From the IMG/VR virus record IMGVR_UViG_3300033405_000985, positions 1-24,822 of that record: a stretch of 24,822 nt of DNA; one strand, given 5' to 3'. The translations under genes were made by a program, and so were the position numbers. The notes under the pieces were generated by a model. It had not been told where the DNA came from. It searched no databases and worked only from the letters and a program-made list of their open reading frames with translations. This stretch comes from a virus. Its lineage: Duplodnaviria > Caudoviricetes. This document shows positions 1 through 8,530 of this stretch, one piece after another. Numbering within the stretch: position 1 is the first letter of the stretch; each line of letters opens with the position of its first letter.

Positions 1-273
1 ATGCCCAGCCAGTCCGCCTCCCTCGCCCAGCTCAACGCCGCCTGCGCCCCACTCGGGGTGGATGCGGGCAAATACGTGGACATAAGCGTCCGGGGCACGT
101 TCTCGGGCACGGTGTCCCTGCAGCGGTCCTTCGACCACGGCCTCACCTGGGGCACGCTCAAGGCCTACGCGGCGGCCGCCGAAGACCAGGCCTACGCCGC
201 GGGGGACGTGCTCCTGCAACTGGCCATGACGGCCTACGTCAGCGGCGCGGCCGTAGTCCGGCTGGGGTACTAG
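1..273 (+). CDS. hypothetical phage protein
   Basis: ATG at base 1, high GC3, 90 aa; beta-rich segment DISVRGTFSGTVSLQRSFDHGLTW; first gene of a tightly packed + strand run. Confidence 0.7.
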   Translation: MPSQSASLAQLNAACAPLGVDAGKYVDISVRGTFSGTVSLQRSFDHGLTWGTLKAYAAAAEDQAYAAGDVLLQLAMTAYVSGAAVVRLGY

Positions 274-275
274 CG

Positions 276-398
276 GTGGGCGCGCACCACAGCTGCCGCG
301 GCTGCCCGCACTGGAGCCACCTGACCCCGGCCACGCCCTGCCTCAATCCCAAGCGTCGCCCGGGCGCCCCGTGCCCGGAGCGCAAACCCGAGGAGTAG
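276..398 (+). CDS. small Cys-rich protein (CxxC...C...C), not in the ORF track
   Basis: Manual translation GTG..TAG: MGAHHSCRGCPHWSHLTPATPCLNPKRRPGAPCPERKPEE; fills the gap between 273 and 402; high GC3; no clear RBS. Confidence 0.5.
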   Translation: MGAHHSCRGCPHWSHLTPATPCLNPKRRPGAPCPERKPEE

Positions 399-401
399 CG
401 C

Positions 402-704
402 ATGCTGAGAGCCCTCGTCGCCAAATACGGCTGGAAGACCATCCTGGGCACGCTGCTCCTGGCGGCCGGCCAGGCCGCGCCCTACGTGCCCCAGGCCGCG
501 CCCTTGGCCCCGGCCCTCAACTGTCTGGGCGTGGTGCTGGGCGGGGTGGGCCTGCGGGCGGCCATCGCCAACGCGGCCCCGGTTTTAGCCCCGGCCTTGG
601 CCCCGGTCCTGGAGCCTGCATTGGCTCCTGTCTCGGCGGCCGGCCTTCCCGCGACGGCCAAGCCCGTTCAACCCCAGCCCGCAAAGGATGCTCCCCATGC
701 GTAA
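402..704 (+). CDS. holin-like membrane protein
   Basis: RBS GAGGAG at ~390-395; two hydrophobic segments, GWKT..G motif and GLRAAI typical of small phage holins. Confidence 0.55.
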   Translation: MLRALVAKYGWKTILGTLLLAAGQAAPYVPQAAPLAPALNCLGVVLGGVGLRAAIANAAPVLAPALAPVLEPALAPVSAAGLPATAKPVQPQPAKDAPHA

Positions 705-1035
705 AGCCATTGCTCCCCTGTTGGTGATCCTGGCCCTGGCTCCGGCCATGACCCTGCCCCTGGCCGGCTGCGCCGGCCAGTCCCTCTCGGCCCTCTCGGC
801 CCTCTCGGCCCCCGCGGCCCCCTCATCCGCCCCCGCCGCGCCCGCCCTGGACCCGGCCGAGGCCGCCAAGCAGTTCACCGGCGCCACCGCCGCGCTCTCC
901 GCGCTGGCCGCCCAGCTGCCGAGCGCCGGGCCTGCCGCCCTGAGTCCCCGGGCCGCGTCCCAGGTGCAGGGGTATCTGGCCTGGGCCAACGTGGCCGCCC
1001 AGGCCCTTGGCGTCATCGCCACGGCCGTCGAGTAG
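697..1035 (+). CDS. putative lipoprotein (lysis module/spanin-like position)
   Basis: AAGGA then ATG at 697; basic N-terminus, hydrophobic stretch and lipobox LAGC. Confidence 0.6.
   Translation: MRKAIAPLLVILALAPAMTLPLAGCAGQSLSALSALSAPAAPSSAPAAPALDPAEAAKQFTGATAALSALAAQLPSAGPAALSPRAASQVQGYLAWANVAAQALGVIATAVE
782..810 (+). repeat. 9-bp tandem repeat (CCCTCTCGG)x3 in the lipoprotein gene
   Basis: Seen directly; encodes LSA repeats. Confidence 0.8.
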
Positions 1036-1039
1036 CGCC

Positions 1040-1591
1040 ATGGACGTAAGCCGCGTTCCCCTGTGCTCCTACCCGGCCATCCGGCCGTGGCTGGTGACCG
1101 GGTCGGTCATCCTGTGGCGGGGGGACGACCTGCTTGGCCGGGCCATCCGCCTGTTCTCCGCGTTCAGCCACGCCTCCCTGGTGGTGCGCGGCCTGGACCC
1201 GGACCATACCGGGCGGGTGTTCGTGGTGGAGGCCCTGGCCACGGGCCTTGAACTGCGCCTTCTGTCCGAGCGGGTGCGCGGCTACCGGGGGCGGGTGTTC
1301 GCCTTCAAGGTCCCCGCGCTTTGCGGGGAGGTCCAGGGCCGCATCAAGAGCTACGCCCTGAAAGAATGCGGGCTCGGCGTGCCCTACGACTACGCCGGGC
1401 TCTTCAAAAACATCCTTGAGCGCGTGTCCGAGGGCTGCCGCCGCTTCTTCTGCAGCGAATTCGCCGCCAGGGCGTTGGAGCAGGGGGGGATAGCCAGGCT
1501 GCCCGCCTATCGCAACGGCGAGGCGGCCAGGCCCGGGGACATTCCGGTGTGGTTCGCGGGCAGCCTGCGCGAGATCGAGGTCCCGAGGTGA
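1040..1591 (+). CDS. permuted papain-like NlpC/P60 amidase (YiiX/YebB-like)
   Basis: TGSVILWRG, FSHASLV (His), VVEA, PYDY, FFCSEF (Cys) in the permuted His-before-Cys order. Confidence 0.8.
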   Translation: MDVSRVPLCSYPAIRPWLVTGSVILWRGDDLLGRAIRLFSAFSHASLVVRGLDPDHTGRVFVVEALATGLELRLLSERVRGYRGRVFAFKVPALCGEVQGRIKSYALKECGLGVPYDYAGLFKNILERVSEGCRRFFCSEFAARALEQGGIARLPAYRNGEAARPGDIPVWFAGSLREIEVPR

Positions 1592-1863
1592 TGGACACCC
1601 TGGCCCATCTCTCCATGGTGTTGAACCCGGTGCTGCTGGCGCTGCTGGGCTACATGCTCAAGCGCTGGATCGAGCGCCTGGAGGATCTGCTGGCGGAGTT
1701 CCGCAAGTCCCAGACCGAGTGCCAGCTCTCGCTGGCCAGGACCTACCGCACCAAGGCCGAGGCCGAGGCGGACAGCAACAGGCAGTGGGCCAAGATCGAC
1801 AACCACGGCGAGCGCATCACCCGGGTGGAGACGCTCCTGACCGGCGACGGGAGGCAGGCGTGA
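1591..1863 (+). CDS. small membrane-anchored coiled-coil protein (holin/XhlA-like)
   Basis: N-terminal TM (LNPVLLALLGYML), C-terminal IDNHGERITRVET; TGATG overlap with the upstream gene. Confidence 0.6.
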   Translation: MDTLAHLSMVLNPVLLALLGYMLKRWIERLEDLLAEFRKSQTECQLSLARTYRTKAEAEADSNRQWAKIDNHGERITRVETLLTGDGRQA

Positions 1864-2138
1864 GCGCGCTGGACGAGGCCGTAGCGGCCATGGCCCTGAA
1901 GGCGGCCGAGAACATCCGGGAGGACCTGGACATGCCGGTGAACACCATGGAGGAGCGCAAGGTCCGCCAGCGGGCCTCCATGTTCGCCCTGGAGCGGGGC
2001 ACGGCCAAGCCCAAGCAGCGCATCGTCCTGGACCACACCCTGTCCGGCACGGTGACCCACAAGCACACCCTGTGCCCGCGCTCCGAGGAGCTCCTGTCCG
2101 CCCTGACCGGCGGGGAGGCGGCCGATGGCCGGGCTTAA
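1860..2138 (+). CDS. putative terminase small subunit
   Basis: GTGA overlap start at 1860, 92 aa helical protein directly upstream of and overlapping terL; call is by position only. Confidence 0.45.
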   Translation: MSALDEAVAAMALKAAENIREDLDMPVNTMEERKVRQRASMFALERGTAKPKQRIVLDHTLSGTVTHKHTLCPRSEELLSALTGGEAADGRA

Positions 2139-3690
2139 GCGCCAGGGGGGCGCGGCGCACCCGGGAAATGCCCCGGAGGGCGCTGCGCCCCGGCCCGCCA
2201 CCAGGAGCGCCCGTGAGGCCCTGTACGAGGAGCTCTTCAAGAACTGCGGCCGGGCCGGCTTCATCCAGGCCGCGCGCCGGCTGTGCCTGGGGGACCTCTA
2301 TTTCCTGCTGACGCGCGTGCTGGGCCGGGCCGACATCCGCCGCGACTGGCTGCACGACCGCTGCCTGGAGGTCCAGGACAGCCCGGACGCTCACCTGGAT
2401 CTGTGGGCCAGGGAGCACTACAAAAGCACCATCATCACCTTCGGCAAGACCATCCAGGACATCCTGAGCGACCCCGAGGTCACGGTGGGGATCTTCTCCT
2501 TCAACCGGCCGGTGGCCAAGGCCTTCCTGCGCCAGATCAAGCGGGAGTTCGAGTCCAACGAGACCCTGAAGGAGCTCTTTCCGGACGTGCTCTGGGAGAA
2601 TCCCCAGAAGGAGTCCCCCAAGTGGAGCGAGGACGAGGGCATCATCGTGAAGCGCAAGGGCAACCCCAAGGAGGCCACCGTGGAAGCCTGGGGCCTGGTG
2701 GACGGGCAGCCCACCTCCAAGCACTACGGCCTGGTGGTCTACGACGACGTGGTCACCCGGGAGAGCGTGACCTCCCCGGACATGATCGCCAAGGTCACCG
2801 AGGCCTGGGAGCTGTCGCTCAACCTGGGGGCGGCCGGGGGGCGCGTCCGCTACATCGGCACCCGCTACCACGGCAGCGACACCTACCGGACCATTATGGA
2901 GCGCGAAGCCGCGGCTCCCCGCGTCTACCCGGCCACCGCCGACGGCAAGGTGGACGGCGAGCCGGCGCTCATGACCCCCGAGGTCCTGGCCAAGAAGCGC
3001 CGGGAAATGGGGCCGTACACCTTCGGCTGCCAGATGCTCCAGGACCCCCGGGCCGACGAGGCCCAGGGCTTCAAGGAGGAGTGGCTGCGCTTTTACGAGC
3101 CCGGGCCGTTGGACAACCTGAACCTGTACGTCCTGGTGGACCCGGCCGGGGAGAAGAAGCGCGGCAGCGACTATTCGGTGTTCCTGGTGGTGGGGCTGGG
3201 GGCGGACGAAAACTACTACCTGGTGGACATGGTCCGCGACCGCCTGAACCTGACCGAGCGGGGGGCGGCCCTGATGCGCCTGCACCGCACGTACCGCCCC
3301 AGGGGCGTGGGCTACGAAAAGTACGGCATCATGGCCGACATCGAGTTCGTGCAGACCCTGCAGGCCAGGGAGAACTACCGCTTCGACATCACCCCCCTGG
3401 GCGGGCCCGTGGCCAAGAACGACCGCATCCGCAAGCTCATCCCGGTGTTCGAGCAGGGGCGCATGTACCTGCCCAAGACCCTGACCTACGTGGACTCCCA
3501 GCGCCGCACCCGGGACCTGACCCGGGACTTCATCGACCAGGAATACCGGGTCTTCCCGGTCTCGGCCCACGACGACATGCTGGACTGCCTGGCCCGGGTG
3601 CTGGAGCAGGACCTGGGGGCGGTGTTCCCCAAGGCCGGTCCGGCGCGAATCTCCCTTGAAAAATACAGGCCCACGGGGACGCCCACATGA
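2125..3690 (+). CDS. terL: terminase large subunit
   Basis: Walker A-like AREHYKST, Walker B VVYDDVV, coupling motif IGTRY, nuclease VDPA...SDYS...HDDMLD. Confidence 0.93.
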   Translation: MAGLKRQGGAAHPGNAPEGAAPRPATRSAREALYEELFKNCGRAGFIQAARRLCLGDLYFLLTRVLGRADIRRDWLHDRCLEVQDSPDAHLDLWAREHYKSTIITFGKTIQDILSDPEVTVGIFSFNRPVAKAFLRQIKREFESNETLKELFPDVLWENPQKESPKWSEDEGIIVKRKGNPKEATVEAWGLVDGQPTSKHYGLVVYDDVVTRESVTSPDMIAKVTEAWELSLNLGAAGGRVRYIGTRYHGSDTYRTIMEREAAAPRVYPATADGKVDGEPALMTPEVLAKKRREMGPYTFGCQMLQDPRADEAQGFKEEWLRFYEPGPLDNLNLYVLVDPAGEKKRGSDYSVFLVVGLGADENYYLVDMVRDRLNLTERGAALMRLHRTYRPRGVGYEKYGIMADIEFVQTLQARENYRFDITPLGGPVAKNDRIRKLIPVFEQGRMYLPKTLTYVDSQRRTRDLTRDFIDQEYRVFPVSAHDDMLDCLARVLEQDLGAVFPKAGPARISLEKYRPTGTPT

Positions 3691-5798
3691 AGAAAGATCC
3701 GGCCGACGCACAATCCGCTGCAACCGCCTCCGCATCCTCCGCATTCGGGGATAAGCCCGCGCGCAAGCCGGACTCCGGCTCCGAGCGCAACCGGAAGATC
3801 CTGGCCGAATCCAGGAAGCGCTTCGAGACCGCCCAGGAGCACGAGCGCGAGAACCGCAACGCGGCCGCCGCCAACCTGCGCTTCCTGAAAGGGGGCGACG
3901 AGCAGTGGGACCAGGGGGTGCTGGCCCAGCGCAAGCTCTTCAAGCTCCCGGTGATCACCATCAACCGCATGCCCGTGTTCGTGGCCCAGGTGGTCAACGA
4001 CCTGCGCCAGAACCGGCCGGCCATCAAGGTGACCCCCAAGGACAACCAGGCCAGCCACGCCAAGGCGGACATCTTCTCGGGCCTCATCCGCAACATCGAG
4101 TACACTTCCATGGCCGACGTGGCCTACGACCACGCCGGGGAGGTGGCCGTGTCCGCGGGCTACTACGGCTACATCCGGGTGCTGACCCGCTTCAGCGACG
4201 ACGACGGGTTCGAGCAGGACATCGTCATCCGGCCCATCTGGAACAGCTTCAACGTGTTCATGGACCCCTTTTCAGTCGAGCCCGACGGCTCCGACCGCCG
4301 CTGGTGCCACGTGATCGAGGACATGAGCCGGGAAGTCTTCGAGGCCAGGTATCCGGACGCTTCCGGCCAGTGGGAGGGGGCCGGCGGGGGAGAGTCCCAG
4401 GACTGGCCCCTGGGGGACACCGTGCGGGTGGCCGAGTACTGGTGGCGCGAGGAGGAGCCCGCGACCATCGTCATGCTCGAGGACGGCACCACCCTGGACA
4501 AGTCCGAGGTGGACGAGCACGGCCTGTGGGGGTTCGCGGCCAAGGACCAGGCCACCGGCCGCCCACGGGTGCGCAAGGTCCGGCGCCCCAGGATCATGAC
4601 CTGCAAGATGACCGGGGCCGAGATCCTGGAGGGCCCAACCAAATGGCCCGGGGCTTCCATCCCCATCATCCCCGTGGAGCCCAAGGTGATGTTCGACGAG
4701 CGGGGGCGCAAGGTGCTCACCGGGCTCATCAGCCATTCCCACGGAGCCCAGAAGTACTACAACTACGACCGCTCCCGGCGGGCGGAGCTTCTGGCCCTGG
4801 CCCCCAAGGCCCCCTTCATCGGCACCCGCAAGCAGTTCGACGGGCTGGAGGAGCTCTGGAAGAACGCCAACGTGGAGCCCTACGCCTTCCTGCCGGTCAA
4901 CAACGATCCGGAGGCCCCGGGCTTCCCCCAGCGCATGGCCCCCCCGGCGCTGCCCCCGGACGGCGAGGGGGCGCAGTCCATCGACGACATGAAGGCCACC
5001 ATGGGCATCTTCGACGCCTCCATCGGCAACCAGTCCAACGAGCAGAGCGGCAAGGCCATCAGGGCCAGGCAGTCCCAGGCCGACCGCTCCTACTTCCACT
5101 TCTCCGACAACCAGCAGCGGGCCATCCGCTGCCTGGGGCTGGTGCTCCTGGACCTGATCCCCAAGGTCTACGACACCGAGCGGGTGGTGCGGGTCCTGGG
5201 CGAGGACGGAGCCATGGACCTGGTGACCATCAACCAGCAGCTGGGCGATCTGGTGCTGAACGACCTGTCCCTGGGCAAGTACGACGTGGTGGTGACCAGC
5301 GGCCCGTCCTACGCCTCCCAGCGCCTGGAGGAGTCCGACGCCTTGCTCGATCTCATCCAGGCCGCGCCCCAGGTGGCCGGAAGCATCATGGACCTGGTGG
5401 TGGAGGGCATGCCCTTCCCCAACTCCGACAAGATCGCCCGGCGCATCCGCATGGGCATGCCCCCGCAGCTGACCGGGCAGCAGCCGGGTGGCCCGCCCCA
5501 GCCCGACCCCAAGACCCAGGCGGCCCAGATCGAGCTTCAGGGCACCCAGGCCAAGACCCAGGCCGAGGTGGCCAAGGCCCAGCTGGACGTGGCCGCCAAG
5601 CGTATCCAGGTGCTCGGCCAGCACCACGACCTGATCCACACCATAAACTCCAACGCCGCCCAGATGGAGCAGGACGCCTTGGACCAGCACGCCATGCAGA
5701 CGGCCGCGGCCAGGCAGATGGGCGCGCAGCAGACCGCGGACCAGCAGGCGGCCCTGGCCGGGCCCGGCATGCCCGGCCTGCCCGGGGCGGGACAGTGA
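3687..5798 (+). CDS. P22-like portal protein
   Basis: 703 aa following terL; DEQWD, ITINR..VAQVVNDLRQNRP, SGKAIRARQ, NDLSLGKYDVVVTSGPSYASQRLE are P22-type portal motifs. Confidence 0.92.
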   Translation: MKKDPADAQSAATASASSAFGDKPARKPDSGSERNRKILAESRKRFETAQEHERENRNAAAANLRFLKGGDEQWDQGVLAQRKLFKLPVITINRMPVFVAQVVNDLRQNRPAIKVTPKDNQASHAKADIFSGLIRNIEYTSMADVAYDHAGEVAVSAGYYGYIRVLTRFSDDDGFEQDIVIRPIWNSFNVFMDPFSVEPDGSDRRWCHVIEDMSREVFEARYPDASGQWEGAGGGESQDWPLGDTVRVAEYWWREEEPATIVMLEDGTTLDKSEVDEHGLWGFAAKDQATGRPRVRKVRRPRIMTCKMTGAEILEGPTKWPGASIPIIPVEPKVMFDERGRKVLTGLISHSHGAQKYYNYDRSRRAELLALAPKAPFIGTRKQFDGLEELWKNANVEPYAFLPVNNDPEAPGFPQRMAPPALPPDGEGAQSIDDMKATMGIFDASIGNQSNEQSGKAIRARQSQADRSYFHFSDNQQRAIRCLGLVLLDLIPKVYDTERVVRVLGEDGAMDLVTINQQLGDLVLNDLSLGKYDVVVTSGPSYASQRLEESDALLDLIQAAPQVAGSIMDLVVEGMPFPNSDKIARRIRMGMPPQLTGQQPGGPPQPDPKTQAAQIELQGTQAKTQAEVAKAQLDVAAKRIQVLGQHHDLIHTINSNAAQMEQDALDQHAMQTAAARQMGAQQTADQQAALAGPGMPGLPGAGQ

Positions 5799-5932
5799 AG
5801 GAGATCCGCTGCCCGGCCTGCAAGGCCCTGCTGATGAAGGGGCAGGTGGTGGAGGTGGAGGTGAAGTGCCGCAAGTGCGGCAAGATGGTCCGGATACGGG
5901 AGGGGGCGCGGTTCCCCAAAATTGATTCGTAA
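5795..5932 (+). CDS. com: Mu Com-family zinc-finger protein
   Basis: GTGA overlap with the portal stop; MKEIRCPACKALLMKG..VEVEVKCRKCGK matches the Com pattern (RCxxCxxLL...E(I/V)KCxxC). Confidence 0.8.
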   Translation: MKEIRCPACKALLMKGQVVEVEVKCRKCGKMVRIREGARFPKIDS

Positions 5933-5944
5933 CAGGAGCACACC

Positions 5945-6553
5945 ATGGACCCATGCAACAGCTACGGCGGAACCTACACCGGCGGCAACGCCGCCTGCGT
6001 GCCCGCGGCCGGCCTGCCGGCCCCCTGCGTGCCGCAGATCCAGTCCCCGAATTACGTGAACACCATCAACCAGACCGCCGGTTCGGCCCAGGGGGCAACC
6101 AACGCCGCCCTGGCCGGGCGGGGGCAACAGATCAGGAACGCCATGATCGCCCAGAACTACGCGGCCCAGGCGGCGCGGCAGATCAACTCCGAGGGGAGCA
6201 AGCTGGCCTTCCTGGACAATCTGGACAGCCAGGGCATTCACTACGACCCGGGTTTCAGGGCCTTGCCCTGGCAGCAGGTGCGGCAGGCGGCCGCGAACTA
6301 CGCCTCGGGGGTGCAGCTGCCTACGGTTCAGCCGATTCAGCCGGTCCCGCCGGGGCAGGCCCAGGGACAGGCCCAACCCACAGCCCAACCCGGGCAGTCA
6401 GGCGCGCCCCAGGCCCCGGGCCAGGCAAACACCCCGGACCTCATCCGGCAGGCCCAGGCCGCCGTGGCCCGCGGCGCGGACAAGGGGGCGGTCTGGAAGC
6501 GGCTTAACCGGATGGGCCTGTCCGACCAGGACATCCGGAACGCGAGGCTGTAA
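5945..6553 (+). CDS. putative internal virion/ejection-like protein
   Basis: RBS AGGAG; Q/A/N-rich; C-terminal AQAAVARGADKGAVWKRLNRMG helix; start region homologous to 23260-23295, the slot after the ejection gene. Confidence 0.6.
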   Translation: MDPCNSYGGTYTGGNAACVPAAGLPAPCVPQIQSPNYVNTINQTAGSAQGATNAALAGRGQQIRNAMIAQNYAAQAARQINSEGSKLAFLDNLDSQGIHYDPGFRALPWQQVRQAAANYASGVQLPTVQPIQPVPPGQAQGQAQPTAQPGQSGAPQAPGQANTPDLIRQAQAAVARGADKGAVWKRLNRMGLSDQDIRNARL

Positions 6554-6560
6554 TGGGCGG
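6473..6560 (+). repeat. 88-bp imperfect direct repeat, copy 1 (copy 2 at 8310-8397)
   Basis: 68/88 identical by manual alignment; both encode GADKxAVWKxL..G.SDQDI...L* followed by ATGGGCGG. Confidence 0.9.
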
Positions 6561-7593
6561 CCCATTCGACGACCTGATCCCGCCGGGGCAGGACCAGTCC
6601 GCACCGCCCGGCGCCGTTGCCGCCCTGGCCTGGCAACCCACGTCCCGGTTCCAGGCCTGGGCGACTTCGCAAGCGCAGGGTCCCGGGGTGTTCGACGACC
6701 TCATTCCGCAGGAAACCCAGCTGTCTTCCTCCGCCTGGCAGGGCCAGGGCCTGTTCGACGACCTGATCCCGAATCGGCGGGATGGCACGGGCGGTCCGGC
6801 GAATTTCAGCGCCGTGAACGCCGGCGCAACCCAACCGTCGACCGCCACGGCATCCGTCGACTCCTCCGATCCGGACGCCGCTTCCGTGTCCAATCCCGCC
6901 GCCACCCTGCCCGGCACTGGCGAGGACGCGGCAATGCAACCCGATCCGTCGGGTACGACCAATCCGGCAAGCACCGCGCCTGCCCAGCCGGACGACTCGC
7001 CAGCGCCTGTTGCCGGGCAAACGGGGGATGGTCCCGGGTATCCGCCAACCTGGTGGAGCTCCAACAACGTAAGTGCCCTCGCACCTTCTGGAGACCCGCT
7101 CACGGACGCTTGGTCCCAGGATTTCTTCTCACAACCCGTCCCAGAGGAGAAGAGAAAAATTGATAAAGAACCGACGGATGCCGTCCAGCTCGTGGCCGGG
7201 GATGGTCAAGCTTTCGCTGCGCCACCTCGCGCAGATTTTCAGGCGGTGTTCGCAGCGGGCCAAAAAGCTGGTTTGTTAAACCTGGCGGATGCCTATAATA
7301 AAATTGCACAGTTCGGAAAGTTCGATTTCCAAAGGGAAGACCATGGCGCTGATTTTTACTTTTACAAAAAATACATTGACGCTTCCAACTATGCCGTCGG
7401 AATGTACATGCGAGGTGCCGGGTACCCAAGGGCTGTCATGATTGCGTTGGGGCGCTACTATATGCATGAGCATCCCAGAAAAGACGAAAGTACAGATCCC
7501 GTCGGGTGGTGGAACAGGGGATATGACGACGCAGGTTACTTTGAAAGCATGTCCGGCGCGAACGAGTATGATCCCTTTTGGAGACAGGATTAA
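6553..7593 (+). CDS. FDDLIP-repeat (ejection-like) protein with C-terminal Ntox44-like polymorphic toxin domain
   Basis: TAATG coupling; three FDDLIP repeats, P/A/D/S linker, then a lower-GC C-terminus with FDFQR...YIDASNYAVGMYMRGAGY...WWNRGYD. Confidence 0.65.
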   Translation: MGGPFDDLIPPGQDQSAPPGAVAALAWQPTSRFQAWATSQAQGPGVFDDLIPQETQLSSSAWQGQGLFDDLIPNRRDGTGGPANFSAVNAGATQPSTATASVDSSDPDAASVSNPAATLPGTGEDAAMQPDPSGTTNPASTAPAQPDDSPAPVAGQTGDGPGYPPTWWSSNNVSALAPSGDPLTDAWSQDFFSQPVPEEKRKIDKEPTDAVQLVAGDGQAFAAPPRADFQAVFAAGQKAGLLNLADAYNKIAQFGKFDFQREDHGADFYFYKKYIDASNYAVGMYMRGAGYPRAVMIALGRYYMHEHPRKDESTDPVGWWNRGYDDAGYFESMSGANEYDPFWRQD

Positions 7594-7730
7594 TTATTCG
7601 CTTTGGACCGAGTTTAGCGCAGGCGGCAAGCCGAGCGAACAACCGAAAGAGCAATTTTTTAATGACAAGACGAGATGGGCTTGGTAATATGAAATAAATA
7701 TTAGCCGATTTAATAACAGGTAAGTAAAGT

Positions 7731-8390
7731 ATGCCCGGCGGCAGTCGACTCGCATCAATTTGGAAGCGGATCCCGCTGATTTTGCGGATTCCGCTGTATG
7801 GTATTTTTACTTTATTCTGCTTGTTTATTCTGTTGCGCTTGACAACTGAATATATGTATTATGAGAAATATGGTATATACTCTCAGGACGGAAATGATGA
7901 AGTCGTCGTTGAAGAAGAATGCGGTATGTTTTGGTGTGGTGTGCGGGTTTTGATTCATACAGAAGGTTTGTCGAGTCCATTTATTCCTGTGCTTGTATAC
8001 GTGCCTGCTTATATAAATGAGTTTGAGTCTGGACAAGCATGGTGTGACTCTATTGAACCTCAAGTTACATGGCGAAATGAACGCGACCTGGAAATATCGT
8101 TAAGCTATGTTGATCAAATTTTATATAAAAAATATGAGGCTGGTGGAAGAAAAATTTCATACAATATTGGAAGGACTGCGTGCCCCGAAATAAGCCATAC
8201 GGGGCTGCTGTATGGCCTGCGCGGTGTATTTTGGACCTGGTTCGGTCCGGATTATCAATGCCTCAATAGCATAAAAATTATCATAGACGCGCGGAACGAA
8301 ATGGCTCACGGCGCGGACAAGGCGGCGGTCTGGAAGAAGTTGAATCAACAGGGCGTGTCGGATCAGGACATCTGGAGAATCGGGCTGTAA
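7731..8390 (+). CDS. membrane-anchored immunity-like protein 1
   Basis: Low GC, N-terminal TM, directly downstream of the toxin-like gene; paralog of 8531-9187. Confidence 0.65.
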   Translation: MPGGSRLASIWKRIPLILRIPLYGIFTLFCLFILLRLTTEYMYYEKYGIYSQDGNDEVVVEEECGMFWCGVRVLIHTEGLSSPFIPVLVYVPAYINEFESGQAWCDSIEPQVTWRNERDLEISLSYVDQILYKKYEAGGRKISYNIGRTACPEISHTGLLYGLRGVFWTWFGPDYQCLNSIKIIIDARNEMAHGADKAAVWKKLNQQGVSDQDIWRIGL

Positions 8391-8397
8391 TGGGCGG
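8310..8397 (+). repeat. 88-bp imperfect direct repeat, copy 2
   Basis: See 6473-6560; here the following ATG GGC GGA is stopped at once by TAG. Confidence 0.9.
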
Positions 8398-8423
8398 ATA
8401 GCACAACGAACGGAGTCCGCAGG

Positions 8424-8461
8424 GCCAAGGCCAGACACAGGAGATCACTGATGCGGCGTGG
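8424..8461 (+). repeat. 38-bp direct repeat, copy 1 (copy 2 at 9168-9205)
   Basis: GCCAAGGCCAGACACAG(G/T)AGATCACTG(A/C)TGCGGCGTGG, 36/38 identical. Confidence 0.95.
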
Positions 8462-8530
8462 TTTAGTCTCGATGGGAGTATGGTATTTATTGCAAGAATG
8501 TTTATTACGCTGACCTAGGAGTCGCCGAAC

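Noticed and set aside
1507-3744. 745-aa minus-strand ORF and the alternate-frame + ORF 2283-3659
   Set aside because: Shadows of the high-GC3 terL gene; low-complexity translation with no motifs
3905-5932. 675-aa alternate-frame ORF, possible portal-Com frameshift fusion
   Set aside because: Only the last 45 aa are protein-like and they have their own coupled GTG start; no slippery site seen
7442-7687. 81-aa ORF overlapping the toxin gene end as a small immunity gene
   Set aside because: Mostly overlaps the toxin-like ORF, starts at TTG with no RBS, no recognisable motif; cannot be supported
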